Assembly: GCF_001194135.2 (NCBI RefSeq)
Contig: NC_068989.1
Location: 48,464,292 to 48,513,927 of the forward strand
DNA: 49,636 bases
Direction of reading: 5' to 3'
DNA from: Octopus bimaculoides
Lineage: Eukaryota
The position numbers were made by a program, and so were the translations under genes. The notes beneath the pieces are model-generated. The model was given only the letters and a program-made list of their open reading frames with translations. It was not told where the DNA came from and searched no databases. Shown piece by piece: positions 11,651-25,370 of the stretch (position 1 is the first letter of the stretch; each line of letters starts with the position of its first letter).

Positions 11651-13760
11651 GTACATGACACATGCATCCTTAATGTAATTCTCAGGGAAATTCAGTATGT
11701 CACAAAATGTGGGTGGTAGTATTGGCATGACGATGAGGGTTGAAGTTGTTCCAATCAACAGAACAGCCAGCTCATGAAATTAACGTGCAAGTGGCTGAGC
11801 ACTCCACAGACACATGCACCCTTAATGTAGTTCTCTGGGAGATTCAGCATGTCACAAAATGTGACAAGGCTGGCCACTTGAAATACAGATATTATTCATC
11901 TTTGCCTGCTGAGTGAACTGAAGCAATTTAAAATAAAGTGCCTTGCTCAAAACATGACCTTACAACCATGAGCCAAATACCCTAACCACTAAGCCACATG
12001 CCTTCACTTATGGAGGTAGAGCCTGAGGACTCTATCCCCCATAATCCTATAACCCTCCCAGGAACAGTAAGGCAGAGAAGATGGATGGATGAATACTATG
12101 TTTTGTTTTGTTGTAGTATTTGTCATTCATTTGTTTCTGGTATTCTTTTATTATTTCATCTATTTGTTGTGTAGTATATATGTGTGTGTGCAATGTGAGT
12201 TGCCATTATAGTGCTAGGTGACAATTGTGTTGTGTAATGTGGTGAGTGAGATTATTCTTTTTTATTATTTATATTCTAATAACAATTTGACTTCTGTCAT
12301 CCATGAATATCCAATATCTAATATTCTGATAAACAAATATGTGTATTAAATATCGAATTTATGTAGATATATGAATTATGTGTTTGTGTGTATATGAGAA
12401 AGAGAGAATGGAGGAAAGCAAAGAGAAAGAGATTATGGGGGAGAGAAAGAGAGCGGATGGGAGAAAGAAAGTGAGAGAGAGAGGGAGAGAGAGTGAAGAA
12501 GAGAAAGAATGAAGGAAAGAAACAGAGAAAGTGAGGAAGAGAAAGAGAGAGAGTTGGGAAAGGAAAGAGAAAGTAGAAGAGAGATACAGAGAGAACGAAG
12601 GAAAGAAAGAGAGAGAGAAGGGGAAAGAGCAAATGAGAGAAAGATGGTGCAAAAGAGTAAGAGAGAAAGGGAGAGAGAAAAAAAAAACGAATGTGTGAGA
12701 GAATGAGAGATGCCTTTACCATGTGTAATATTTCTTTTTCAAGATACAACAGCTGCAAATATCCATTCACTAAGTTGGGCAAAAATGTCCCAAACTGTCT
12801 TTACATCATTTATTGCATTTTCCCATCATAATTGAAATACAAAATAACAAAAGCAAAAAGCTATTACATGCATATTGGACATGTTAAATACATCTATTTA
12901 GAATCAACCTTCTCAGAAATATTTCTGTATACACACATACAAATGTTATACCTGAGGAAATGAAAAAAAAAAAAATGAAACTCTTTGTGGAACATATCTA
13001 CAAATTTGCTTTTTTGTTTGTATTTTATTTATTAACAAATTACCAAGTAAGTGAGATATTTCGTTCATTCATTCATTTTTACATCCATTTTGCCTTATGC
13101 TTGCATGGGATAAAACAAACATATTATTCAAGCCAGATACCCTTCCTGTCATTAACTCTTACCATTCTTTCAAGAAATTGGGTGATTTTTGGAAAATATA
13201 AAGAAATACACACACACGTGCACATATGTACACACAGTTATCTTCTATATTTTACTTGTGTTAGTCATTGTACTGCAGCTATGCTGGGGCATTGCTTTAA
13301 GGGTTTAGGTAAACAATTTGTCTCCAGTACATAGTTTTAAATCTGATACCTATTTTAGTGATCCCTTTTGCGGAAGAGGTACATAAAAAAACCCAACACC
13401 AGTTGTCAAGTGGTGGCGGGAGACAAATACAAACACAGACACACATTTGTATATATATATACACATATACCTAATGGCCTTCCACACAGTTTCCACTCAC
13501 AGTGCACTGGTCAGCTTGGAGCTGTAGCAGAAGCCACTTGTCTATGGTGCTGCATGTTGGGACTGAACCTAAAACTACATGGATGCAAAGCAAGCTTCTT
13601 AACAATGCAGCTATGCCTGTGCTCTATGTTTGTAAAGTGAGCTTTTTAACCACACAGTTATGCATGTTCCCTATAGATATAAGGAAATTGGTTTGGGAAT
13701 TGAAAATGCAACTAGGTGTTAAACCAAATTGTAGTTTTTTAAAGTCTTTTTAAAAATCTT

Positions 13761-16700
13761 ATTAAAATACCATACTTATTTCAACAATTATTTTTGTTTT
13801 TCAATGGTAAATATGAAATTAAAAAAATAAAATGAAAGATAAAAGTTTTAAAGAAAGAAAATGCAGAGGAGAAAGTTCTATAGCAGTAAAATATGCTAAA
13901 AGAAAAAAATCAAATGTTAAATAGGTTTCATAGCAAAATTACATGATAAAAATTCAAGTATTCAATAAGTTTCACAGCAATAGGAAATGATGAAAGCTTA
14001 AATGTTCGATAAATTTCATAGCAATAATACATGATAGAAATTTGAAAGTTCAATAGGTTTCAAAGCAATAAGTTATGTCAGCAATTAGATATGTTGGAGA
14101 TTTTAATGAATAAAAAAAAAAAAATTTTTACAAGTTCTATTGTATTGTGTGAAGGAAAATTGTTCATCATTTCCTTTTCTCATGAGACTGGAACCATGTT
14201 TCAGGCCAATATTGTTTAGTATGTATAGGTTTTAAGCTGAAGGTTCAAGTCCTGACTGGTTACTTATTCAAGGATATCATTTGTTTTGTCTGCCTGTGGT
14301 TTAGCCATCTGCTTTGGAATTTTGTTGAAAATTACTCCAAACAGAATTGTTCAACAAAAGAATTAATGACGAATCAATACTTCACAATAAATATAACTAC
14401 AGACCAGTAAAATGTAGGAGACAAATTCTGTGATTTTCCTTATTATTTATTACCTCATCTGGTATTTAAATAAAATACCAGACAAAATGAATGGAGAAAA
14501 AGTTATCAATGATCTAAAGAATGACCACAATATAGTTATCAAATAATTTAATAAAGGTAGTGCTGTAGTCATTATAGACTCAGAACATTACAAAACCATT
14601 GTACTATCTCAACTTTGTGACAACACCAGTTATGAAAAAGAAAAAGTTACCAACAATATGCAATGATGAAGAAACTCACAACCTTTATCCAGCAGTTCTA
14701 AAAGGACTTAACAGAAGAAAAAAGAGACTATTTAATGAGATTTGAATACAAAACCAGCAACTTTCATGGACCACCAAAAGTTCACAAGGGCAAAACAACA
14801 AATTAAGACTAATTGTAGCAGAGCCATCCTGTGAAACTCAGTAACTAAGTAACTTTATTGATATACTTTTTGAATCCTATTCTTAAACATATATCAAGCT
14901 TCATAAGAAATGATTTAGTCTTTCTGAACCATTTTCCAAATAAAACCAAAACACACTCTTTTTGTCTGATTTGATGTGGTAAATCTCTACACTACTATTC
15001 TACATGAATACAGATTAGAAGCCATAAAATTCTGCCAAGAAAAGTTTTCAAATGGCCTAGCTGAACTAAATGGCAAAAAATATATCATTGAAGGATTAAA
15101 GTTCATCCTATAAAATAAAGTTTTTGATTTCAGTGACATCAACAGACAAATATCAGGGACTACAATGGGCATTAAGTAGCTCCCATATATGCTAATCTTG
15201 TTATGGCATATTTAGCAGTCCAAATATATGAACACTCCAGATAAAAATTTTACAATAACTTCTATAAATACCTATTTACCTATTGGAAATGCTACCTTGA
15301 TGATTGTTTCAGTCTCTGAACATACAACTGGATCAACTCTATAAGTTTAAAAACCTTATACAAACCACAGTATCTGATTCCCAGTTGAATACAGTCAAAA
15401 ACAACTACCCTTCTTGGACATCTTAATCATAAAAAGATATATGAACATTGAAACTAATATCTACTTGAAACCAACATATTCAAAACAATATTATTTACTT
15501 CCTTCCATCCTCAACATGAAAATTAATATACCTTTTAACATGGCAAGAAGAATCTGCACAATACTATCCACTCTTAAAACCCAGGAGAAATGACTTTAAG
15601 AATTTAATATGTTACTTGATAGACAATATCTAGTAACTCTAAGTAGTAATGGAATACAACAAGCAAAAATTATAGACATTAAGAATTACGAAAACAAGAC
15701 ACACCTACTTAACACTTTACCCTTTATTTTGACACACAAGGTAACATAGAAACATCATTCAACTACAGTAGTAGTTGAATAATATTCTTAAGGCCACAAT
15801 TTACTCACATGCAGCATCTTTCAGAGCTTGTCGCTAATTCAGTTCTTAACCAAATGGAAAACTGTTAACATTTTTGATGAGGACTGGTCCCTGGCTACAT
15901 TTTGGCATAAAAAAATTGAAATTTGGTCCAGCAGAAAAAAGTTTACATCAAAATTTGTAGTGATGTTATAGGAGAGTAAATAATGCCACCTATGAAGTTC
16001 AGATCTAAATAACTCTGAGACACAGAATCATGGTACACTACCAACAGATATGAGAGCTGAGGACCAGAACAATACCCATGAGCAAACATCTAGATTTTGC
16101 TCATCAAGCAAACAACCAAATACCAAAATTTCCCTCTAATTCAATACATTGGGGACATCAACCAGTTCTGATTAGATACAGAAATAGGTTTATTTAAAAA
16201 CATAAACCAAAACTAAATACTTTATAACAACACAATAGAATGAGAAAACAATGTTTATTTGACTCAACTAAAAACAACTAGAAACAGTAAGAATGAAAAA
16301 AGTAAATGAAAAGTTGAGGTAATGGGCTTCTGCTAGGATTCAAAACCCTAACTGCAAACGATTGTGTAATTACACAGCACACATATTCAGCACTGTTTTC
16401 TGATGTCACCCTAGAATTGACTAATTGGATTTTATTTTTGGTTAAAACTGAACTCACAGAGAAAAAAATAAAAGATAAAACAAAATGATGCTGTTAAATA
16501 CTGAGTCGACCATGACACCAGAAAAATAAATGACATCTTAAGGTGGGTGGGGGGGTACTCAAAGTAGGACAGCTGTTAGATAAAACACGTGACCAACACA
16601 TTTAATAAACAAATGGTGGCCACAAAAAAAAATCAACCAGCCAGAGCAATAGACTACTATTGGATTAAAAGTGTGACCAGGAGAGATGACAAATGACTCC

Positions 16701-17396
16701 AGGCAGCCAACCAACCAGAATGCTGGACTACTGTCAAAAGTAATAAGTAACAAGAACATATGATAAACAAATGATGCACTCAAGTGGTCAGCCAACTAGA
16801 ACGCTTGGTCACAGGCGAACAAAAACATGTGATGTTCTTGAATGTGTAGCCAATCAGGATTTCAATCTATGTCATAAAACCTACATTTATATACAAAACA
16901 ATATTAGCTTGAAACAAGGTTGGAGTTCCATGATTAAAGCAAATGATGGAAAATTTTCTGTCAGACATCATAATAGAACTTCTAAAAAATTTTTCCTTTA
17001 TCTTTTAAAATTTTCCTCGAAGGTAGTGCTCCAGCATGGCCACAGTCAAATGACTGAAACAAATAAAAGAATATATACCTTTGCTGACATAACTTATTGC
17101 TTTGAAGCCCATTGAACTTTCAAATTTCTATCATGTATTATTACTATAAAATTCACTGAATATTTGAACTTTTGTAATTTCCTACTGCTGTGAAACTTAC
17201 TGAATTCTTGAATTTTCATCATGTAATTTTGCTATGAAACCTATTTAACATTTGATTCTTTTGAGTATGTTTATAGCAGAATCTACATGAACTTTCTTCT
17301 GTGCATTCTGCTTCTTTTAAACTTTAATCTTTTTTTTTTTTAAACTTTATATTTACCATTGAATTAAAATTGTTGAAACCAGTATGGTATTTTAAT
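13761..17396. repeat. Long inverted repeat pair (arms ~13761-14305 and ~16803-17396) with internal ~40-bp subrepeats
   Basis: The reverse complement of the right arm matches the left arm along its length (e.g. aatcaaatgttaaataggtttcatagcaaaattacatgat; aataatacatgatagaaatttgaaagttcaat; caaagcaataagttatgtcagcaa). The right arm carries a SINE fragment at ~17000-17078. Confidence 0.85.
14320..15730 (+). mobile_element. Degenerate Penelope-like retroelement (RT remnant)
   Basis: Frame-shifted motifs NKGSAVVIID, GTTMGIK*APIYANLVMAYL, WKCYLDDCF, LPFLDILI, NIPFNMARRICTI. Confidence 0.75.
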
Positions 17397-18368
17397 ATAT
17401 TTATATATGTAGCAGATGTATATACAAATGAAAGAAGACATTAACAAATATTAAGTTTAGAAGAGAATGTATATACATTTGAAGTTGAGAAATAGTTTTA
17501 CTTCAAAATTGGTCCCAGTGAGAAACTTGGAGTAAATTTGAAAGAATAAATTTCACTGTATTTATTGAGTACTTTTGTGAGTACATCCAATGTGTGTGTG
17601 CATGTGTGTGATATTTTATTTTTGCATGGGTTTTACAAAGATTCTTGATATGAAATAACTAACTGGTACTCTGTCGGTTATGACGACATGGGTTCCAGTT
17701 CATCCAGTTAACGAAGCAGCCTGCTCATGAAATTAACGTGCATGTGGATGAGTACAGACATGTGTACCCTTAACATAGTTTTCAGGGAGATTCAGCATGA
17801 CGTACAGTGTGACAAGGCTGACCTTTTGAAATACCGGTACAACTCATTTTTGCCAGCTGAGTAAACTGGAGCACCAAGAAATAAAGTGTTTTGCTCAAGC
17901 ACACAAAGTGCTGTCAGGAATTGAACTCACAATCTAACCACTAAGTTTCATGCCTTCACCTTGATATGAAAACACATGTTAAAATAGATGTTCTTGTACC
18001 TGGGAAGGTCATTTTGCCTATACATGTACTGGTTCTATTTCGCTTCTAGTTCTATTTCACTTCTAGTTCTATTTCACTTCTTTTTATTAACAAATTTCAA
18101 TCTGAACCTGGAACCATGTGGTTGGTAAGCAAGCTACTTACCACACAACCACTCCTGCTAAAAATTTAAATAACTTAGAATTCTTTTTTGCATATACTTG
18201 AGCAAGTATAATAAAACTGTACTTTACTGATGGAGTATGAATAAGATGTAAACATATCAAGAGTTGTCTCCCATATTTTCTGACCAAAAAAGTGTAAGCA
18301 ATATTTGTCATTGAGTAATATTGTGTATTTTTTCTTGTCACATATTTCTAGTTAGTTCCATGCATTAA

Positions 18369-18589
18369 CCCTTTAGCATTTAAACTGGCCATATCCAGTC
18401 TTAAATATTCTACCAGTTTTATGTTGAAACTGGCCAGATCCAGCCTCTCATGCCTACCCTACAATGTCATTCTAAAAATTAACTATCGCATCATCAAAAT
18501 TTCAAGGCTCTGTGATAATGCTGGATTAATTTTTAGAAATGTGGATAAATAAACTTTACATTTGATAAATTAAACCGAATACTAAAGGG
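18369..18589. mobile_element. piggyBac-type MITE
   Basis: TTAA at 18365-18368 and 18590-18593 flank ends ccctttagcatt...aatactaaaggg. Confidence 0.85.
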
Positions 18590-19661
18590 TTAATATGATG
18601 TTTGGCTGATTTCTATACATTATAAGTGTATGAAAATTTGTCTTTCCCCTAGTGAGGAGACTTGTTTTGCAATTAAACCACAAAACCAATGTTTGATTTT
18701 TAAAAAAATGCAAAAAAGTTGTCAGCAAAATACTTTCCAATCAGGATTTGATATTGATTTACACCAGAAAACTATTTAAGAATTATATTCAGTGTATAAT
18801 TTTAGCATTGATACATAAAAAGAAAAACAACAATAATAACAGGAATACTGGTTGTTGTCTGGTCAAACTTGATTAGTTTTGTTTGAAGTAATGGAATGCT
18901 AGCAAACTTAACAAACATTCCATCAATATTCTAACTGTAGTCATCATTCTGTCTTTAATCTCAACAGATTGTCCTGACATTAATTCTTAAAAACATATGG
19001 TTTTTCAAAAAGGTAAAAAAAAAAGATAAAAAAGAGTAAAAATGAATAGAAACAAAAGAGTTTAGTGCAGTTATGTTAAATGCATAGAGTAATGACTTGC
19101 AATGTAACAAGAGCTTTGTTGCAGGGAAACAATTCTAAACTATACAATAACCAACAAAATAACTTAAACACCACCATTATCATCGTTTTGTGTCTGCTTT
19201 CCATGACAGCATGGGTTTGATGTGTCATCATACACCAAGTCATTATTTGAAGTTGCTACACTTCTAAATGGGTGAAAAGGTGACGTTTCACTCATACATT
19301 TCAATTCTAGCTTTGTTCCAACAGTCACATGTCCATTGTATCACTAACCATTTTACAGTGTTTTCGGTCCATTTTATCATGGTACTAGAACTAGAGAGAT
19401 TCTATAATCTGCTCAGCAAGACCAAAGTGTTCTTCTTGACCCTACATTGTCTCTACTCATTTGCCAATCACTTTAAAGGGCATACTTGGTGCACTTAATC
19501 AAGAATATTTATCTGAAATGGAAATAAGTATATCTGATAAATAGAAATCTTAAAAATACATTTTTGTAAGAATACATTCTAGTGTAAGAGTTTCATTGCA
19601 TGTTCTGTAGTGCAGCTTCACTCTAAATATGACAAATAGTGAAGTTTCCATACTAGTGAAA

Positions 19662-20058
19662 AATAAGAAATTATAATGACAAAGGAATAAACAATTATGG
19701 TATGAAATTCATTAGCTTACATCTGTTTCTGCTATTTAAGATGCAATGCACTCATATGTGAATGCTTGAGTATCACCCTATAGCTTCATCAGAGCTTCAA
19801 ACATGAAGTGCAGATTTCTCCTGAATTCATTCCCTTACATATGTTTATGCTTTTTCACTAGTTATGTTTTTCTTTGTATATATAAATGTAAATGTTTTCC
19901 CAAATAGAGCTGCACTTAATGTTTGAAGCTTTGATGAAGCTGTAGAGTGACACTCAAGCATTCAACTGTGAATGCATTGTATCTTATAACAGAAAAGGCT
20001 CTATGTTAATGAAGTTCATAACATAAATGTTTATTCCTTTGTTATTCTAATTTCTTAT
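19662..20058. repeat. Foldback inverted repeat, ~150-bp arms, ~95-bp spacer (possible old MITE)
   Basis: Arm 19662-19813 matches the reverse complement of 19909-20058 (e.g. tgaatgcttgagt, agcttcatca, gcttcaaacat, aagtgcag), with scattered, mostly transition, differences. Confidence 0.85.
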
Positions 20059-21029
20059 ATAAACAAAATTGAACGCACATACACAAGGTATATGTGTTGT
20101 TAGTTCGTGGGTTGGCTACAGTTTTTAGACATAAGAGAATATATTCTTTATGTGCCTGGTCTAAAAAAACACCTGAAAGTAAGTTATAGTCAAGTGAAAC
20201 AACTCACATAGGTCCGTTCTTGGAGTGACAGACATTGATGTTTTGTCATTTTTGTGACTTATCAATGTTGCATACCAAACAAGGCCTGCTGAAAGCTATA
20301 TTGCCAACTATGACTATATGTTGAATGGTTTAAACACCATCTTTTACACCTGGTGCATAAAGAATATATTATCTTACACCTAAAAACTGCATCTGGCCCA
20401 CAAACTAACAACACACACATACCTTGTATATGTGTGTTTGATTTTGTTTATATACCTCAAGTGGCTTCTAATTCATATTTGAATATAAATATATGTATAT
20501 ATTATATACATACATATATGTCTACATACACGCACACACACACACATCTTCTATCAGAAAAAGGCCTTTGAACTTTTCAACACAAAGGCAATATTGTATA
20601 TTTTACAGTATGGTGAACCAAAAAATTCAATTTATTGGTTACAAAATAAGGTACATATGCACCAATTCCTGTAAAAATACACAGTAGCATCACTTAATTT
20701 TGAAAATACGAATATACTGCAAATCAAATGTTAATTATTTCCATTTATTTAATCACTTATGATTCAAATTATATGAATAGAAATATTAATTTTTTTTTTT
20801 ACTCTTTTAAACAATTAGAGTTTAAATATGAACATTTCTATAATTAACTAAACCATTTCTATAAAAATTATTTTTATAGTGTTTATGAAAGTACTGTTTT
20901 CAATATATTTCTGAAAGATGAAATGAAAATGCAAATCATAATTAATGGGAATTATGAAACTGATTGTTAATTACAAAATGTCATTAATTTCAGGTTTCAG
21001 TTGCACAGATGCAATTATTAAATTAACTA

Positions 21030-22485
21030 TAAATGGTCATCAGAGAAATTTGTTCTGTAGTATGATTTGACATGTGTCATTTCTGGAAAAGTTTCCTCAC
21101 ACGAGTACAAGCTACCAAAAACTGATATGAAAACACAGGAAAAGTTCTTATAATGAGAAACCCTTCATTTGGCAAAATCTTACAAAAGTTGATTAAATTT
21201 TCTTCTTTGTCTTTCAATATCATTTGATTAGATGTCTATCATTTCCATTTGTAACTCCTTGGGGAATTCTTCAATGTTGAGTTTAAATTGATTCTGGAAT
21301 AAACCAATTTCTTTCACTTTTGCATCAAGATTGAGAAAGCAGGATTTAGAAATGATTTCTTTTGAAAATGATGTAAAATTTGTTCCCTTTTCTTAAAATT
21401 TCCCATAACAGGAAACTGGCCAAATTTTACTTGGATTTTAAGTAGAAAAAGTTTTGCCCTGAATGTTATGAAAATGTAAATAGATCATTGATTTACATGG
21501 CCTAACAAATCCATAAGAATACGAGTATTAACAGCTAATCATGATCTGACAATAGTGGTTTTAATCAATTCTTCTAAACTTTTCTAGAATAATTTTTATT
21601 TTATAGCACCATCATACAACTATGCAATGCAAATCATAAAACTCAAGATGGAAATCCTGCAGAAAACCACAAAGCTGTCGACAAGCAAGTCCAGGAGACC
21701 CAATGAAACTCAGCTGATATATTCACTGCACAATGCTTGTTTATAATACAGTGAAGAACCATAAGCTATAAACATCCAAGTTTTGTAATTTGTCCTTTCA
21801 ACGCTTTACTTATCCCACCCATATTTCTTTCTTCATTGACTGCTACACTCCAAAACTTTCCATTCAGTTTGATCTGATAATCTTTTGTATTTCTTTGAAG
21901 ATATTTCTCTAACAGTTGTTCTGTTCATACTAAGCACATATATTAATTGTGTTACATTCAATTCAAAATTGGTGCAACAAATGGAAAGCAGGAGCTGCAA
22001 TGTACCAGAAACATTGGTTGACATATCAGGGTGAGAGGAATGCCAATGAAAACTTTTCTGACTATGTCAGTCACTTCAAAAACTATATTACCTCTAATAT
22101 TTAGAATTCTAATGTTTGCAGCAAGACTTTTCTGGATACATTTATTGCTCTGCTCCCATCATACATTCTTTGATAAAATTTCTATCAGTAAATTGCTTTC
22201 TTTGTTTAGCAAACATTCTACATTTTTACAAGCTTCAGTGAAAACATCATTTTAAATTTCATTTTACCTTAATTCAGTAATCCAAACTTTTCTGGATGTA
22301 AAACACAAGTGGTTTTTCAATGGCTTGATCAATGTTTGGTGTAAATTGAACAAAGCAATCCTTTCACTGCATATAGAGTACAAAGCTTCATCATTTATTT
22401 CTACTAAGAAATATTTCATCACTGACCCATTTTCCATTAAATATGCACTCCTCCTCAGTGTCTACTTTTCTCTATTATAGGTTTG
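21030..22485 (-). mobile_element. Degenerate hAT (Buster/SPIN, GTF2IRD2-like) transposase
   Basis: RKVDTEECIFNGKW / YFLVEINDEALYSICSE (BED-like); FTDRNFIKECM; STNVSGTLQLLL (cf. DESTDxxxxAQL); HCIINKH (cf. HCIIH); FGSLYSCEETFPEMTHVKSYYRTNFSDDHL (hAT dimerisation). Confidence 0.85.
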
Positions 22486-22844
22486 AGTATTTTATATTAA
22501 AATGTTTGTACTTAAAAAATATTTTTATCAAATTAAAATTTTGAATTTCATATTAATTCATAACAAATAAAAAGCACTTTTCCTCTCACCTACAATAAAA
22601 TTGAACCAACCCCTTGTTTACATTGCTATAAAATGAAGCTTAGAAAATTGAAATTTTTGCATTTTTTGTGTGCAACTGTTTTGAAAAGTGCTAGATATAC
22701 TTAAAATAAAACATTAAAAATGGTAAAATACTTGATTATTTCCCCTGCTTCTAACTTAAAATAAGTAAAAATAATGTTTGATAAAAAATAACAAATAAAG
22801 CATTTCTTTTTCCCAATTTCAAAATTAAAGGAAATAATATATAG

Positions 22845-23215
22845 ATGCAGGTGCAGCTATGTGGTAAGAAGTTTACTTCCCAACCAGATGGTTCTGGGTT
22901 CAGTTCCACTGCGTAGCACCTTCAGCAAGTCTCTTCTACTTTAGCCTTGTAGGTGGATTTAGCAGATGGAAACTGAAAAAAGCCCATCATATACATATGT
23001 GTGTGTGTGTGTGTGTGTGTGTGTTTGTGTCTAAGTTTGTCCCCCACTAGAGCTTGGAAACTGTGTTTATGTCCCCTGTAACCTAGTGGTTTAGCAAAAG
23101 AGACCAATAGAATTGGTACCTGGCTCAAAAAAAAGTACAGGGGTCAACTCTTATGACTAAAATCCTTCAAGGCAGTGCCCCAGAATGGCCAGTCTAGTGA
23201 CTGAAAGAAGTAAGA
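22845..23215 (+). mobile_element. tRNA-derived SINE of a second family, with internal (GT)n
   Basis: Head gctatgtggtaag...gggttcagttcc; 3' end ...gactgaaagaagtaagag. Related copies at ~9420-9600, ~10876-11120, ~13225-13660, ~41350-41770 and ~44555-44850. Confidence 0.8.
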
Positions 23216-23759
23216 GATAAAAACACTGAAGTTATTTATTTGAAATATATATTAAAAAAGAGAAAGAAGTCGATAAATTAAAAATGACAAAACACTTATT
23301 CGTTATCAGTTTTAATTTTAAAGATTTAATTATGAAAAATTTCTACAAATCATCAACTTTGGTGATACAGAAGTAGACTTTCTGGACCTTTTTGAGTGAA
23401 TATTGCAGTATTTATCCAGAAGAACCACTTTTTCGTCTTTTTGGTAACATTACTTAGAAAGAATTCATTATGAATAGACTGTCTGAGAAAATTTCTACAA
23501 ACCACTAATGACTTGTAATTAAAGTTGGTGATACAGAAGAGACGAATGTGGGTGGATTTCCCAACACTCTCAATATCTACTTCTATTATAAAATGAAATG
23601 AAATAATTGTGATTCTGTAATGTGCATGGAATTACAAAGACAAACTCGGAAGTGCCCATGCAAAGGCTGTAGGAGAGAAGGAAGAGGGGCTTAGAAAGGG
23701 AATATTAAAAAAAAATTCAGAACTAAAGTTTAACCAAATACTTGATTTAATTTACTTTA

Positions 23760-24200
23760 GGGGTAAGGATGAAACCACTCAGCAGTTTTTGATATTATCC
23801 CACATTGAATTTGGTGAAATCCAATATAAACTAGGTAGATCAGAAGTCCTTGTAAGGATAGACAAGAGTGTCTTTGCAAGAAAAAAAAGTGATCATATTG
23901 GCTATGTGGTATGAAAGAAGTGAGTATTTAAAATGGTCTGAGTATATCTTCGACCATTTATTAGAGACATCACAAAGAGATGAAACGACTCTGTTGCCAA
24001 TAATTATAAGTTATGTCTTGCTAGGCACCACTATCTCCTTTGATGAACAACGTAGTTATCAATTGGCAGGGTTTGTTGAGCTTGTGAGTGGAGCCATTAC
24101 AGACTATGTGAAATCTATGTAGTAAAAAGGTGAATATGAAGATGCACAAACATTATAGTTTGAGAAACAATATGGTAAAAAGGTATTTGGTAATTTTTTT
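23760..24200 (+). mobile_element. Degenerate Merlin transposase catalytic region
   Basis: LGRSEVLVRIDKSVFARKK (cf. IGGxxxxVEIDESxFxKRK); RDETTLLPIIISYVLLGTTISFDEQRSY (cf. RxAATLLPIIxxHVxPGTTIxSDxWRAY); SGAITDYVKSM. Confidence 0.75.
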
Positions 24201-24458
24201 TTTTTTTTTGTGACAAAAGGGTTGAAGGATACATCATGAATGCCCTATTTTTAATGATTTATAGGATTCTTTTACTTTTTCTTTTACCATAACAGTTTCA
24301 TTAGTCACACGCAAACACATGCATACGTATTTTATGTAGTTGAGTAGTGTTGGTTATGGTTGGTCAGAAAGTTATCCTTGGTTTCATACCTACTATTGCA
24401 CCTGACAATATAGGCAACTCATCAGACTTGCTGGATGGAGGTACATATACTATATATA

Positions 24459-25370
24459 TTGGGTCATCCCATAAATAATGCAGTTTTTTTTAATACTTCT
24501 TTTATTTTTCAAAATTAAGATAAACAAATTTCTTTTTTAATCTAAAATATACTCTCCTTCATTTTCTACAATGCTCTGGTAGACTTGCAAGGCCCCTCTT
24601 TCAAAATTCACTTGTCCGTGATGAAAAATACTCCTCCAGTACTGTTCTGACCTCGTTTACACAATTTATAGTTTTTCCATCCAAATGATTTTGAAGACTG
24701 TGAAATAAATGATAATCAGATGGGGCAATGTCTGTCAAATACGGTGGGTGGGGCATTGTTTCCGATTCAAATTGCTCCATCCTTTGGAATGTTGTCTTTG
24801 CTGTATGTGGCTGAGCATTAGACTTGGAAAGTTTGTGAGGAACCCATTGACCCAATTTGCTGACTTTTCCGATGGCACACAGGTGTAAATGAATGGTTGA
24901 ATATTCCAAATCCAAGCTTCTCTGCTTGTTCCTCAACAGTTAAAATGGGATTTTGTTCTACCAGGGTTTTCAGGATGTCCTCGTAGAGCTCTACAGATCT
25001 TCCAGGATGAGGCTCATTTTCTAGACTGTAGTTTCCGGCTCGGAATTTCTGGAATCACCGTTGACACTGGCTTACGCTTATTGTCCAATCCCCATATATA
25101 CTGCATTAATATTCCTCACACTTTCCATTGCTTTGTTGTCTTTATTGAACTCATAAAGCAAAATATGCTGAATATGCTTTGTCACTTCCATTATAGCTTT
25201 GAGAAAATAATTTAAAATCGAACTGCACTCTTCAAAACATGTACTAAGAATAAGTACAAGGTAAAATTACTACCTGCCTTTATAGCAAGTTGATGCAGGC
25301 AGTTTATCCTGCCCCCCTCCAACTTAATTCATGCAACTGAGAAAACTGCATTATTTATGGGATGACCCAA
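24459..25370 (-). mobile_element. Mariner deletion derivative, 912 bp, with perfect 29-bp TIRs, inserted in (TA)n
   Basis: TIR ttgggtcatcccataaataatgcagtttt at both ends with TA flanks; transposase remnants KLGQWVPHKLS and PHPPYLTDIAPSDYHLFHSLQN. Confidence 0.92.

Noticed and set aside
12760-12825. Minus-strand peptide WENAINDVKTVWDIFAQLSEWIFAAVVS*
   Set aside because: No usable AG acceptor upstream, and an in-frame stop precedes it.
16288-16460. Minus-strand frame LTKNKIQLVNSRVTSENSAEYVCCV...LFIYFFILTVSSCF* after a pyrimidine tract, resembling a GPI-anchor C-terminus
   Set aside because: No partner exon or homology found; insufficient support.
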